Shown: positions 44,361 through 58,399 of the stretch, piece by piece
Layout of the letters: the number at the start of each line of letters is the position of its first letter
Position numbering within the stretch: position 1 is the stretch's first letter
Source of the DNA: Amphiscolops sp. MND2022
Lineage: Eukaryota
Direction of reading: 5' to 3'
Assembly: GCA_964187785.1 (NCBI GenBank)
Contig: OZ076409.1
Location: forward strand, 48,920,001-48,984,000
DNA: 64,000 bases
The notes under the pieces: generated by a model
The model's database searches: none
The model's input: only the letters and a program-made list of their open reading frames with translations
Told to the model about the DNA's origin: nothing
Program-made: the position numbers and the translations under genes

Positions 44361-45410
44361 CGGATACTTGAACTAGCTGAGCTTCAATTGAATAGAAATG
44401 ATCCTCAAGTGTATTTGCCCCATCAACCAGTAATTAACCCGAACAAACCTGAAGAAGTGAGGCGCGTCTGAAATGCAGCGAGCGAACTCGAAGGACAATT
44501 CTTGAACAAAAGTCTCTTCATTGGTCCAGGTTTATTGCAAAATCTCGTGGAAATAGTCTTTCGGTCCCAGGAGAAGCCGTTTGGCATGATCGCAGGCAAC
44601 AAAGCTTTGTTCTTGCAGCTACAAGACTCTCCAGAAGATGCAAAATGCCTTCATTTCGTTTGGCAAGAAAATCAATCAGATGACATGTCCACGTATCAAA
44701 ACACTAATTTTTTGATACTTGAACCAGCTGAGACTCAAGAGAATAGAAATGATCCTCAGGTGTATTTGTCCCATCAACCAGTAATTAACCCGAACAAACA
44801 TGAAGAAATGAGGCGCGTCTGCAATGCGGCGAGCGATCTCGAGGGACAATCCTTGAACAAAAGTCTTTTCATTGGTCCAGGTTTATTGCAGAATCTTGTG
44901 GAAATAGTCTTTCGGTCCCAGGAGAAGCCGTTTGGCATGATCGCAGGCAACAAAGCTTTGTTCTTGCAGGTACAAGACTCTCCAGAAGATGCAAAATGCC
45001 TTCATTTCGTTTGGCAAGAAAAACAATCAGATGACATGTCCACGTACCAAAACACTAGTTTTCGGATACTTGAACCAGCTGAGATTCAAGAGAATAGGAA
45101 TGATCCTGAAGTGTATATGCCCCATCAACTAGTAATTAACCCGAACAAACATGAGGAAGTGAGGCGCGTCTGCAATGCGGCGAGCGAACTCGAGGGCAAT
45201 CCTTGAACAAAAGTCTCTTCATAAATCCAGATTTATTGCAGAATCTTGTGGGAATAATCTTTTGGTTCCAAGAGAAGCCGTTTGGCTTGAGCGCAGACAA
45301 AGAAGCAATGTTCTTGCAGATACAAGTCTCTCCAGAAGATTCAAAATGCCTTCAATTCGCTTGGCGAGAAAATCAATCAGATGACATGTCCACGTATGAA
45401 TACACTCGGC
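44361..45410 (+). repeat. 351-bp tandem triplication inside the BEL RT region
   Basis: Unit starts at 44361, 44712 and 45063 (GATACTTGAACCAGCTGAG). Confidence 0.9.
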
Positions 45411-48400
45411 AAATATTCCACGCCAAGGACTCGCCAACACTTGCAAATTTTGCTTTATGACGTAAGCCACAGAGAATGAGGAAGAAGTCCCAGTCGCTTA
45501 AAAAATTGTGAAGACGAAACTTCTATTTAGACGACATTTTGCATTTCGCCGAAAATATCCAGGAAGCCTAATCTTTGAAACGATATCTCATCTCGCCACA
45601 ACAAAAGGGTGGTTTCAAGCTTCATAATCGACAATCAAACGTTAACGAATTGTATGAGCAGGAGGGTGGTAAAGAGAGTGTTACTGCTTTGGGATTGGAA
45701 TGGAACCTTTTCGCAGACGATCAAAATTATGACGTGGGTTTGCTGGTAAAGAACATTCAGTTATTAATCACAGAGTAGTTTTGTCAGTAGCGTTGTCATT
45801 ATTTCACCCACTGGATGTAGCATCACTATTCGGAATTAGAATTCAGCTGCTTCTACGACTTATATGGCAGAAGGCTTTGAAATCTTGGATTGAAGCAATT
45901 CCGCAAGATATTGCAAAACGGTATCTTGATTGGCTTCAAAAACTTTCAGCACTGAAGGAACTCTCCATAGACAGATACTATGGCTGGCAGCGTGGCAGTA
46001 ATGTAGAATTACGTGTTTTTGCCGATGCATCCGAAATGGGATTTGTGTCGTCGCTTACTCGAGGTTTGAGAATGATGATAAAATCAAAGTTTCTTTCGTT
46101 ATGGGGAAAACATTAGTGGCGACTATCAAAACTAACACGATTTCAAAACTGGCACTCCAAGCAGCCCTTCATGCGTCACGGATAGAAGTATACACCATTG
46201 AGGAACATTGTTTGACAATAGACTTCCGTGGAGGTGATAGTCTATACAGCCTTAATTGGAAGATTAAGTACCTGCCTACGAAGTATAAAAGACATTCCTT
46301 ACTTGTTCAGTTGATGCTACATTTTTATATCTAATACAGTTCGATGATACTAGTTGTTTAAGAAACATACTCTGTCTTAACTTGAGCATCCTTGCCTTCA
46401 TTCGTTTAACAAGTCTACAACAATTTCAAAAGATGCAACAACTTTTTGATGCGAACCGTAATAGAGAGATTTTGGAAAACACCAAACTTGGTGAATGGAA
46501 TCATATCTCTGGCGCACAACATCTAGCAGATCTTGGAACACGAGGAATGATAGCCAATGAATATGCAAGAAGTGTCTGGCTAAACATGTCGGCGTGGCTG
46601 AGTGACAACGAAGCTCACTGGTCAAATCTGTTGCTGCGTACACTCTTGTCGAGGACGCATTAGAAACCTCTGCACTAGTTACCATATTGCTGAACAAATC
46701 ACTCAAAATACAATGGGAACAAATCAGCGTTTGGACTAAACTAATTCGCAATTTTGCTACATTTTGCGCTGGAGACGACTAAATCAAGTTAGAAGAATGG
46801 TTCCATTGGACGAATATTACTATGCAGAGCGAATCATTCTCAAAGTTAATCAAAACGAAGCATTCCTGGCTGATTAGGATGCAGTTGTCAATGGAAACGA
46901 GATCTCGTCCAAATCAAACATTGCAAAATTTTGTCGGTTTTTCGACGATCAGGGTATTATGAGAGTACGTGGGCGTTTATCAAAAGCTGATTTCGATTTC
47001 GATACTAAACATTCAATCATTCTACAATCTAAACATCCTGCAACACGGCTGATGATGCTGAATTGCCATTTGAACAGTTATCATCAAGGCGTTGAAAGTA
47101 TGCGACATGTATTGCAACAGAAATTCCAGATTATGGGCATCAGAAACGCCTTGCGGAGTATCAAATGTCGCTGCCTTCGATGTAGGGAATACAATGCCGT
47201 TGTCCAAGCTGCAATTATGACTGACTTACCAAGACTGAGGGTGGAGAAAGTTGAATTCCCTCTTGCTTATGTTGGAGTCGATTACTTTGGGCCCATTGAG
47301 GTGAAAAACATGAGAGAGATTTTAAAAAGATGGATGTGTGTCTTTCCCCATTAAAAAGATGGGTGTGTGTTCTGAAAAGTCAAAGGCTTACTGACGAGCT
47401 TTTAGCTACAATTCTTTGTCTCACTGAGCAACTGCTAAACTCTTGCCCACTCACGCCTAATTCTAATGATCCTTTTGACATGGAAGCTTTACCACATCAT
47501 CATTTTCTATTGGGCCGGTCGAGTGGTGTTATTCCTTGTTTGCATGATAAGCAAAAGTACCAAAATCACAGAAAGATGTTCCGAGTGGCTTAAACTCACA
47601 TAGACAACAATCGGGCAAGATGGCTGAAATGGTGCATCTTCCAGTGCATAAAATTCGCCTGAAATGGTACAAGGAACGTCCGCAATTGAAAGAACATGAT
47701 CGGGTGTGGATTATCGACCATCGTGAAAAACGTGGGTTTTTATCGGCTTTGAAGAGTCAAAAAGAGTCATTTTGGTAATTATGGCGATATTCGATCTTGT
47801 GACATCCTAACCCAACCTGGAGTTGTCTCTCGACCTAGTCAAGTTTTCCCGTGTGTTGGGAGACATTGAGTGTGTCCCAAGAGAAACAGAGGGCAGAGGA
47901 TGAAAAGGCCTGAAAACCAGTACAGACAAACGACCTCAAAATGTGTGACTTTGCAGAGCCATAACTCCAAACCCAATGAAAGAATCAACCCAAAATAGCA
48001 GTGATCCCCTTTTTTGAGCCAAACTGCCGATTGAGCTCAAAGAACTGGAAATCAAAACAACCTTTTTTATGGTTTTTTTGGACTTTTCGATCAAATATAT
48101 CACTTTTCTGGCAAATACTGCCCTCCATTTGAGTTTTTCTAGCCCATATTAGCCTACTTAGATAGGCAGAAAGTGTCCAGGATAGTGTATTTACTGTTCA
48201 CGAAAGTGTAGTTACTTTTTTTAAATCGACGGTTATACCCTCATAACTTCATATTTACGCATTAATTTTTGCTTCTATCTTTTTACTCTCAAAGTCGATG
48301 TACTGGAGATATCGTATAATTATATTAGAACGGAAACTTGACTTCTTGAAATCAAGTTGTGAGTGTTTATCGAAGTTGAAGTATGCTGTTTTCATCACGG

Positions 48401-48908
48401 ATTCGTAAAGTTTTCGCAAACTCAAAATTTTTTGCAAGTTAAATTATCCGAGGGACAGGCCGACGGTTCGAACGCATTAGATACTAGAATCAGCCTTTAC
48501 AGTTTTCCTCTGGAAATTGTTAAAACCAACAATGTGGAATCTAAATCTAAAATATCTTGTGCAACCAAAATTTCAGTCCGCCATACTTTGGGAAAAGTTC
48601 TATTCCACATCATCAAAAACAAAAGAATGGAAGTATTATGGCTTACTAAAATTGATTTGAAGGAGCTTCATCCATGATCTATTGACATTCTGTTTTTTCA
48701 TCCATGAACCACGGATATCTTTCCATATTCATGAAACTTTTCTCGGCACAGCAAATCCATGAATGATGTGAATGATGAATGAAATGGCATGGCCTATGAA
48801 CCTAGACTTTTCCTTGAAACTGATGACCACAACATCTTCTCGTCTTTTCATCAATGTCATATCGGTGTTCTACTGAAACCCTTACAAACAACTATCGCTA
48901 GAACTAAG

Positions 48909-49830
48909 AAGCCGGGAACGGCCCACGTCGGCGTCATATCTAAACCTCAAAAATAGCGAAAGGACTTCAAAGTTTCAAAGTGTTCTCTTTTACAGTACCC
49001 GAAAAACCCAAAACTTGGACCGAATTCGCGTGCCGGGGGGGATCCTCCGAGATTTTTCATCCATTTTGTCGCAAATCATCAAAAAAAATGAAGGGGTACT
49101 TTTGAAAACAAGTCTGACAATGCCGAAAAACTGAAAGGGGGTGACCCTTTGTTGTCGTCCAGTTTTGTATGTTATGCTAGAAAAAGAACAACTCTTTTAT
49201 TCCAGTTCAGGTCAGGTGTATCGAAAAACAAGACGGGAACGTCTAAAGTCGACGCTATATCCAAGGCTCAAAAAGCGCATAACATTATTTTTGAAAAAAA
49301 CTAACATACATTCTGTTGCAAAATATCAAATATCAAAGAAATTGAAGGGGGACCCTTTGGAGGACAAAAAATTTTTAAAGAAGTCTCACAATGCCGAAAA
49401 ACTGAAAGGGGGACCCTTTGAGGTTTTTCAACATCCATTCTGTCGCAAAACATGAAAAAATTGAAGAAATTTTTTTTATTTTCGGGAAAAAATCTCACAA
49501 TGCTGAAAAAAACTGAAAGGGGGGACCCTTTGGGATTTTTCAACATCCATTTTGTCGCAAAACATCAAAAAATATAAAAGGGGGGAGGGCAAAGTTTGTT
49601 AAAGTTTTTTTTTGTAAAAAGGGGAAACACTTTGGGTTATTCGAAAATACAGTTTGTTGCAAAATATCAAAAAAAATGAAGGGGGCCTTTGGAAACATTA
49701 AAAAATTTCGAAATGTCCCACAAAGCCGAAAAAGGGGCAGGGAAAATCCCATAGTTCCAAAAAATTCGAAAGGAGGACCCTAGACCCTTCTGGGTTTTGC
49801 ATTTCAAGTTAGAGGCTTTTAGGACACAAA
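48909..49830 (+). mobile_element. Two adjacent or nested Helentron/DINE-1-like copies
   Basis: Family 5' ends at about 48909 and 49228; GGGGACCCTTTG repeats. Confidence 0.7.
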
Positions 49831-50071
49831 CCTACTTTTTCGGCATTGAACGCTTTGTACTCCAAAATCATACAGCTGCAATTTTGAGTTTCAAGCTTCT
49901 ATCCAACTTTTACAATAGCTACCTTTTGCTGGATGAAAATTCCTGTATATTTCGTACTGAATGTTTTTATGGCAATCAAGTTCGAAAAACCTTCAGCGAA
50001 GAGTCATTTTTCTTTCACAGTGTAAGCACTTTTAATGAAGCCAGGCAGTTATTAAATCTAATCCGACTAAC

Positions 50072-50598
50072 CTTGAAAACAATCGTCCTGAGATTCTAAT
50101 ACTTTTGATTGCGGTAAAACAGCGCAGAGGTTGAAACACAGGGAATAAATGTGTTCGAGCCGCACTTTCTTCTGGAAAAAGTCTTGATAAAGTTCGTTTG
50201 AATTCTTTCTCTGTTGGTAATTTTTTTGCAGATAAGGTTCGAAAGCTGCTCTCATGTAATCGAAATTCACAATTAGATAGTCGTACAGGTATTCGATACG
50301 ATTACTGTTCAGAAACGACGAAAACTCGAACCCCAAATCTGTGAACAATTTGATGAAATCGAGTTTTGATTCGATGAGTGCTTCAGTTACGAGACTGTTC
50401 ACGTTCGGTCGGCAGTTTATGTCGCCCTCTTGCAACAGAATCTCGCGAATGACGTCATCGCATCTGTTCCATTTGAGGGCTAAGCTGATTGGATCATACT
50501 TCTGCACAGTTTGGCCAGTTAGAAGGGCTCTTAGGATACATTGGTCGAGTCTCAGACCAACTGCGGGCTTATCCATTCGGTACACGGTCACAAAACGT
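50072..50598 (-). CDS. TRPM-family channel exon (MHR3)
   Basis: LDQCILRALL...ISLALKWNRCD...ALIESKLDFIKLFTDLGFEFSSFLNSNRIEYLY. Splices in frame to 23875 to give CFQDPARELFIW. Confidence 0.92.
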
Positions 50599-51031
50599 CT
50601 AAAATTCACAAGCGACATGCCAATAAAAATACATTTAGAAACTCTTGTTTTGGCAAATGAATGCCTTATCCCGATGTTTCGATCATGTGAAAAAAAAGAT
50701 GAAATTGTATATTTAAATTGAATGAACAAAAATGGTTAGCAGATTTCAAGAAAAGATAATGAAACCAAACGACCATCATTGCTATCTTGAATAGCTAAAA
50801 TTAATGTATTTTCCGCCCATTTTACTTTTCTGGTGTTAGAAATAAAGAAAAGGCAATCCACGAATTTCTCAACTTATGCAGTGGGGAAGAATGGATTCCA
50901 CCAAAGGCCTATCGGCGGTGTGAACCAAAAGCCTGCAAGCACATGATTTAACGGCGATTCTAGTAGCGAACTTGGAGACCGATAGTTCTATTAACTTATA
51001 AGCGCAATCAGCGAAAACCCGGATGTCTAAC

Positions 51032-51245
51032 CTGTACTTAACACAGGTCCTCAAATGCACTATTTGGGGAGCGGCGTTCATGAGTTTGGTGGAATAGAGG
51101 GAGTTGTTGTCCTGATATGACGAGAAGAGAGACTGCAGTCGGCGGGTGAGGATCTTCTCCTGGTAGGGTCTCAGCTGGTCCCCGAACAGGTGTGCAGTCG
51201 CCATTCTGATCGCACATAGAATTATATCGGCAACGCCTCCAGATC
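51032..51245 (-). CDS. TRPM-family channel exon (end of MHR2)
   Basis: (G)SGGVADIILCA completes the PVVICQGSGGVAD motif. AG/GT boundaries, phase 1-2. Confidence 0.88.
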
Positions 51246-54200
51246 CTTAAACATGTGAAAAAGAACAGTTGTAAAACTTTGAAGGTACTCTTGAAGAAGG
51301 ATTAATTTCTCCAATACGGTGGGGTGGTGGATTATTTAAAAAATTCTGCCTTCGAGGAAAATAATGTTCTCGTAGCAAATTTAAATGCAATCAATCGGTC
51401 GAACGAAGCCGAGGCAACATAATTTGTAAGAAACGTCGAAGTTCACATCGTTTCTATTTTGTCTATATTTTCTATTTGGAAGTTATTTTTTTCACTAAAT
51501 GGTTAAAATTAAATGGCCTTTTGTCTAGAACTCTTGAAATTAAAATAAACCATCAACGTTTTGCCGACCTTAGACAAAGAACTGTTCACCTACAAACTCC
51601 GATTCTCTCGTGAGTTTCATTTTCAAATAGCATTCCCAAATTTCATCTCAGTTTCTATGTTCATAGAGAAAAGACTCAAGTTCATAGAAAACAAGACCTA
51701 GTTTCACATAGAATGCAACAAAGCTGAGTTGTTGCTTGAATTAATCTTTGCTTGAATAGTTGACCTCAAGTTCATTTTGTGAGCACCGGAAAACCTTCAT
51801 ACTTCGTCTCAAAATTCCATGCACTGAGATTGAAACAGAACACAAGTTGCAATGTCCTCGCCAGTCAAGAACCAATGATTTTTTCTATAAACTTTCACTA
51901 TTTAAAAGGGTTTTTCAAACAAATTTCCGCTGTGACTTTACTTATGAAATCTAAGTCCCTCCGCGGAGACTTTTCTTATGAAGCCGCTAACATGTTGATA
52001 ACTTTAATAAACAGTTGTCGAGTCAATATTAAAAAATCTTCAAGCTAAAATTATCAAAGCGAAATTTTTAGTCACTAGGTCGCCTAGGACGCATTTCGAA
52101 TGGTTTCAATTTGAAGAAATGAGATTCTGATTTTCATCTCCGATTGGAAAAAGGAAATGTCACATATCGAAGAAACGTTTGTCACATTTCATCTGTCAGT
52201 AGCATTTTTTTTTCAATTTGATATTGACTTTTTCGTTGTTGTGTGTGATTGTGTTAAAAAGTCATTAGAGAGGCAGCAGGCTTGCTGGAATTGAGCAACC
52301 AAGAACTTACGCATTGTCCAAATATCTGTCAAAATGTTGATCACCGTAGAAGAAATACCCGAGTAAAGGCTGTCATTTTAGTGCAATTTTGTTCATAGAT
52401 TGTTTTTCAATAACAGGTGAAATTTCATTCATTGTAAAAAAATGCCACATTGTCAAAAATTTTCCACTTTTCAAAACCTTGGGTAAACACTGTTCTAGAC
52501 GAAGAGAAAGAGTAAAAATCAAGGATAAATTGACTGAGAAGAAAAGATTCCTCATAGTTTGCTCACGTTTTTTGCACCAATTGCTAGAATATTTCAATCG
52601 AAAGAAAAAAAAAGAAAAAATATATTACATTAGACTTTTATCAAAGCAATTACAGAACCGTTAGGAAGTACAAATCATGATCTGTGAGACACGTTGACAG
52701 ATATCATTTTCAGTTCGATTTTCAGTTGATTTTTGACATTTTTAATTGGTTCGCATTTCTGATTTACTTCCAAAAACTGTTGTTAGAACTCCGAAAGCTC
52801 TCGGAACATCGAAATACCGTGATATAAATTGGTATTCAAAATCGTGTGTAGAGAGTTGGTTTTGGAACAAAACGGTGAGTTTGAATTCTGCAGAAGCAAG
52901 TTTTTTGTCAGAACACTCAATGTTCATCTTTAACAGAATTTCGAGCCAAATTTCACCATTCGGCATAGTGGTTATTATACGTGCTCCAAGTCGCGCAAAG
53001 AACTGATTTTTCTCATGTTTGCAAATCTAATTTGGGCCAGTTGAAAGTGCTCGAAACTTTTACATGCTTTTACAGGTTGCAAGGCAAATTTATTATGTTT
53101 TTGAAAGCTGCTCAGTGAAGTTTTCATGCTCGAATTTTTCAAGCTGCGTCCCTAATCCTTCAGGTAGTTATTACGATTCCTCTTCAATTTGGCGGGTTTT
53201 CTAAGCAACATCAATGAAGTTAAGTCGAATTATTTGACTCGAATTTTGTAGGTTTTTGAAGGCAATGTCTCGAACTTTGCAAGCACAGGTTTGAGACATA
53301 AACAAACAGTCTATGAGTGCCAGTGTGGCAAACAATTTCGTAAAACTGGAAGTTTTTAGGTGGAAACGTTTTTTGCTTGCAAACAGTTGACTTTTTTATA
53401 ACTTTTCGAAGTTGGAGAAACCAAAACACTCGCATAATAAAAAAGTGAGGGTTTATTAATAAACTGTTTTTAGGTAACTACTTTGAGACCAGAATGTCAC
53501 ATTCAGCTGATTTGATAGCTTGAAGCTTCCCGATGTTTTCAGTGACGAAATCTGCAAAAAAATCTAAAATACTGAAAACAAGTAGGCTTTTGTGACTTTT
53601 GTGAGCATTTGTAATTAAATTGCTTGCGAAAGCTCGAATATTTGTCATTTTGTATTCTGAAAAACAATTTTTTATTTCTTTAAAATTAGAATTCGGAGAA
53701 AATAGTCAAATTGCTGAAGTTCCCGAGTTCATTTCTGATACATTATAAAATACAGTCAACCCAAATAAAACTTCAGGTCTTGATACTTTTAGATTTTAGT
53801 TCAGTCACGAATTTTTTTATCATCTTCCCTTTGAATATTATTTTTGGTGACTTTGGTGACTTTATTACCATTAACTTTGGTGACTTTGGATCTTATTCTT
53901 TAGATCTTATTTCCCCTCCAGCAATACGAACTAAGCCTATTGGCAGGAGGAATAAGATAAGAATGAATGAGATCTAAAGTTTTCGACCGTATTAATTTCA
54001 GCTCTTATTTCTTTTTTTTTCACTTTAAATCTTATTTCTCATCCAGCGATACGAACTAGAGATTGGGAAAAATGTAAAGGTGTAAGATCTATAATTTTTG
54101 ACTTTATTCTTTTTAGTATTCCACTGTTTAGGATTTTTTCCCGGTATTAGACGTCATATTCTCAACGTCTTTTCTATAGTCTAGAGTCTCAGAAGTGTCA

Positions 54201-56223
54201 AACTTCCATGAGTTCTCTAGCACTGCTCAAGTTAAAATCCTAATATTCAAAATCTCATTAGCACACTCTAGTTTGCATGAGACGTGAGATTCACCATCGA
54301 CGTTCTTACTCTTTTGGGTTTTTTGCTCTGACAATTGTTACGTATGATTATGTTTTTATTTCAGACCCAGTGAATGTGGTGCTTTCCTGCAACTGCAGAT
54401 GCCTGATGGGGTTGGTAGTGAGTCCTTGGTTGCAACAGCTCTAGCTCCAGCGTCGTTGATTGGAACAACTTGTCACTCTATGCGTTGTCTTCTATTAGGT
54501 GATGAAATTTTTTGTAGTTTATGTCCAGCTGTAACTAATGCTCTTTCTTTTTTACGCAGCGTAGTACAAATGTAGATCACGTGAGAAATAAAATTCAAAA
54601 GGCCCTTAAATAGGCCTTTTTGGCCTTTTTCCGAAAAGTTTCCTCAAAATTGCTTGGATTTTTTCCAAACATTTTCTAGACTGCAGCTATTTTTCTTCAA
54701 CTGTGAATGGATCTGCTTGGAGGATTTTGTAGGTTGCATGACGATTTTACAAAAATATAAACTTTTTCCATGCGTATTTTCAGTATTTTCTATGTTCCTT
54801 AGAAATTTAAGATGCATGCATGAATGCAACATGGAAAACTTTCCGGCAGGTTCGACTAGGGTAGACAATCTGTGGAAAAACTTCGAATGACAAATTGTTA
54901 CTGAAAAATCAAGTTTGAAAAAATTAGTTGAAATGCGCCTGTTTAAATGTACATAGTATTGGTTTTAGGTACTTTGATGGCTTACGCTAGCATTGGAAAC
55001 AATTTTCGTTCTTTAAAGCAACTTTGAAAGCAGTGTTGCGGAGCAAGTATAGTTAATCAATGAAAAAACCGAATTACAAGCTTGGATAGTTGAAAGGTAG
55101 AATTTCAGACTGTCAATCAACGAAATGTAGGTTCGCACTCCGGTGTTTTGAATAATTCTGTTCGCGACCCACGAGTTGTCCACCCATGTCAACCTCAAAA
55201 TGTATTTTGGTCACCGTGGTGGCTACCGGCAGATTTGTCATGGGGCACCCGGTTGTCAACCTGGGTTCTTGTTCATTTATTTTGTCTTCCGCTTTCTGGC
55301 TTTTATGAGAATTAACATTCACAAAGTTTAAATTGATATGTAATTGGGGGTGAAGTGTCTCAATAATTTCAATTTTACTTATGAGCTCAGTACTAATTGT
55401 CAAGTACCTAAAGTTTCTTGAAACTGTTCCTTTCGAAGCTGAGTTTTTTGCAGCAATTCGAAGCACACGGGTTACTGTAAAAGCATGCATTCTCCCAAGT
55501 TGTTGTTTTCCACCGTAACGTCCTGAGAATTTTAATTCCATCTGTAAATCTATTGTCTCATCTTTTTATCTCATTTTTATTATTTTGTGACGTCAATCGC
55601 TTTGTAACTGCACAGAGCAGTGCCAATTTGTATTGTTAACAATAGTGATGAGGGATTAAATTTTTAGTAAAAGAACGTGCAATCATATTTGACACTTCAA
55701 AACTGATTCAATATGGGGGTTTTGAGCTAGAATATATAACGTTTGAAGTTGATTAGACATCGAATATAGATTCCGAAAGTGAAGTCTTCGAACAAATCAA
55801 ATAAATAAAAATCTGCTGAATGAAAACAATTTTCTGAAAATATAACGTGGCCCAGAAAATGAACCATTGTTCATCTCTATTATATAGGTGAATAAAGGGT
55901 CATCTAGATTATCTACACGAGATCTCCATTCATTAGAGCATTTGAGTTGTAAGGGAGCACATCATGTTTTTATGTCAATATTCCGTCAAAAAGCCATTCT
56001 ATTAAAGTAATTTATTGTTTGTTTTTTTTTTCGGAAAACTTGTGTCGACAATTGAACCGACAGACAACGCACAAGTTTGTTTCACATCTAACTACAAACC
56101 GGTGTGAAAATGGCACGTTATTAGGTCGTCACGTGGCGAGTATGACTATTGTTTTTTAGAAATTGAAAGAAGTTTTGAACAAAAGTCTCAGTTGAAATCC
56201 TGTATCGGAATTCTCACACCCAC

Positions 56224-56436
56224 CTTGACAAATGACAACTGGAATTTGATTAGACACTGTTCTTGCAACATGTTCTAGGTTGCCGACGTCTCCACCAATC
56301 AGAATTTGCACTAGAGGAATACCGAGGCCTGGGTTCATGGATGCCACGTCAGAGTCAAGCGCTTTGCAGAGAAACTCCTCAGTCATGCATCTCACCTCAA
56401 GCTCTTGTGACTTCATCCCTTTGACTCCACCTTGAA
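56224..56436 (-). CDS. TRPM-family channel exon (MHR2 / SLOG region)
   Basis: GIPLVQILIGGDVGNLEHVARTVSNQIPVVICQG. AG/GT boundaries, phase 1-1. Confidence 0.9.
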
Positions 56437-57037
56437 CTGTGACGCAAAAGGGATTTCAAAACCTCAAATTGAAATCAAAGACACCCAATTTTTGAATTAC
56501 ATTTTTCCAGAAATAAGAAACTGATTCGAATCAAAAAATTGTTAACAAGCCGAGAGACGTTTACAATTTGCAACACGATCAGGTTTCAAAATGTAAATTA
56601 TACAGTCCCACTCACGTTTTCTAAACTTTACTCAAGATTATTATTTAATTAGAACTTCATAAATTGCACTGCCTTATCATCTTATTTAGTTGAGTGCAAA
56701 CCCGAACCAGAAAGAAGTTTTTTTGCAACTGAACGTCAGAAATTGAATATTAAATCAGTTGTTATCTTCAGAAAATTGGTCAATAAAGGAGAAATTGCAT
56801 ATAATGTCAACTTCAGCTGATGTATTTTAATACCTCTGTATACAGGTTAGCATAACAGATAACTTAATTATGTTACTCATTAATTACTCCCTATTAATTT
56901 GAAAATTATTGTTTTCGTACATTGTACTTTGGTATCAAAACATAATAGTATATATAATTATTATCAACAGTATTCTAATATTTATATTGGTATTGATAGA
57001 TATTGGTATTGGGTATTGAGTGTCGGTAATGAAATGC

Positions 57038-57265
57038 CTGCAATGAAGTGCGAAAAGAAAGGGTTCAAGGAAACAGTGAGTTGCTGAGTTGATTGATCGA
57101 AGTTGGCTTTTCGTTGTCTAATGAAGTATGGGAAAGGCTGTTTTTGTTCCTGCTCGAAAAACCACTTGTTGGCAGGTTGTTTGTTGTCCACACAATCCCA
57201 GTTTGTGAATGCAATCAAATAGAAACGAGACTCACATGTCTCTAACCACTCCAGATATTGCATCT
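57038..57265 (-). CDS. TRPM-family channel exon (MHR1/2), predicted GC donor
   Basis: LIAFTNWDCVDNK...LNPFFSHFIA resembles TRPM IGIA.WG.V.N...LN..HSHFILV. Confidence 0.75.
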
Positions 57266-57897
57266 CTGAAACGCAATCATTCCCATATAAAACCCTTTTG
57301 CAAATATTCTTCTAATTGGAAATAGATTTTTGGTTTCCAATCATAATGATTATTCATAAAATGATATAAACCCGAAAATCTAAGGCTTGATAAGTATTCC
57401 ACTTCTAGTGAATAAAAATTTTGATACATGCCATCAAATTCGAAACTTTATGACGAAAGAATTGACTTTTCAAGATTAAATTCTTTTTCGAAATCTGGGT
57501 TTTCTCCTATTTTTTTTTGTTTCTGAGTACCTTTCGAGAGGGGTTATATTTCATAACAATGCTTACAACTAAAAATCTTCCTTTTTATGATTTTTACATC
57601 AATTACGTTTTTAAACTCGAATATTCCGCCCATTGATTCAACAGAAACATCATGGAAAAGACCTCGAACCTTTTATTGCACCTTCAAAACAAATACCGGA
57701 ATTGGAACCCTTACCAATCACTCCTTTTTGTACCATACAGTTTCTTTCAAATCAAAACTGCTCTTTTTTTCTGAATAGACATATTTTTATTTTAAGACAA
57801 AGAAAGGTAAAAATGCTTATTTTCGAGATTCTCAATAATGGTTACTAGAAAGGAATCTGAGCACCGTTATATTCCTACCCAGCTGGCTTCTAATATA

Positions 57898-58399
57898 ACA
57901 AGCCGGGACCGGCCCAAGTCTGCACCATATCTAAGGCTCAAAAATTTCAAAAGGACTTCAAAATGTCAAACTATTGGTGAATTGGGGACCTTTTTATGAA
58001 AAGAAATTTTTTAAAAAAAGTCTCACAAAAATGCCGAAAAAACTGAAAGGGGGAACCTTTTTGGATTTTTCAACATCCATTTTGTCTCAAAACTCAAAAA
58101 AAATTGAAGGGGGACCCTTTGGGGAAAATTTTTTTCCCGAAAAAAAGTCTCGCAATGCCGAAAAAACTGAAAGGAGTGACCCTTTGGTCTCGTCCGGTAT
58201 TGTATGTTACGTGGCAAACCCTTTTGGTCCAGTTCCTTGGGCCAACGGGTACAATTTGGCGGCTTCGTAAAATTTTGTAGAACTTTTGGGGTAGAACTAT
58301 TTTGGTCACTTCAGGTGTATCGAAAATTTTTTAAAAAAACACTGACGAAAAGCCATGACTATAGTCGACTCTTTTCTCTAGAGAAGCGCCGACTAAAAA
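57898..58399 (+). mobile_element. Helentron/DINE-1-like non-autonomous element, intact
   Basis: ACAAGCCGGGAC start; 3' end GACTATAGTC...CTTTTCTCTAGAGAAG hairpin...CGCCGACTAAAAA. Confidence 0.75.

Larger units (their letters stand above)
39142..48501 (+). mobile_element. Degenerate BEL/Pao LTR retrotransposon (LTRs 39142-40813 and 47901-48501)
   Basis: TGAAAAGGC...GCCTTTAC(A) LTRs. PBS-like TGGTGCTGCAACCCG at 40817. Fragmented gag (Cys-His knuckles), DSGS protease, RT (YLDD at about 45524), RNase H (VFADAS) and IN (GVDYFGP). Many stops and frameshifts. Confidence 0.9.
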
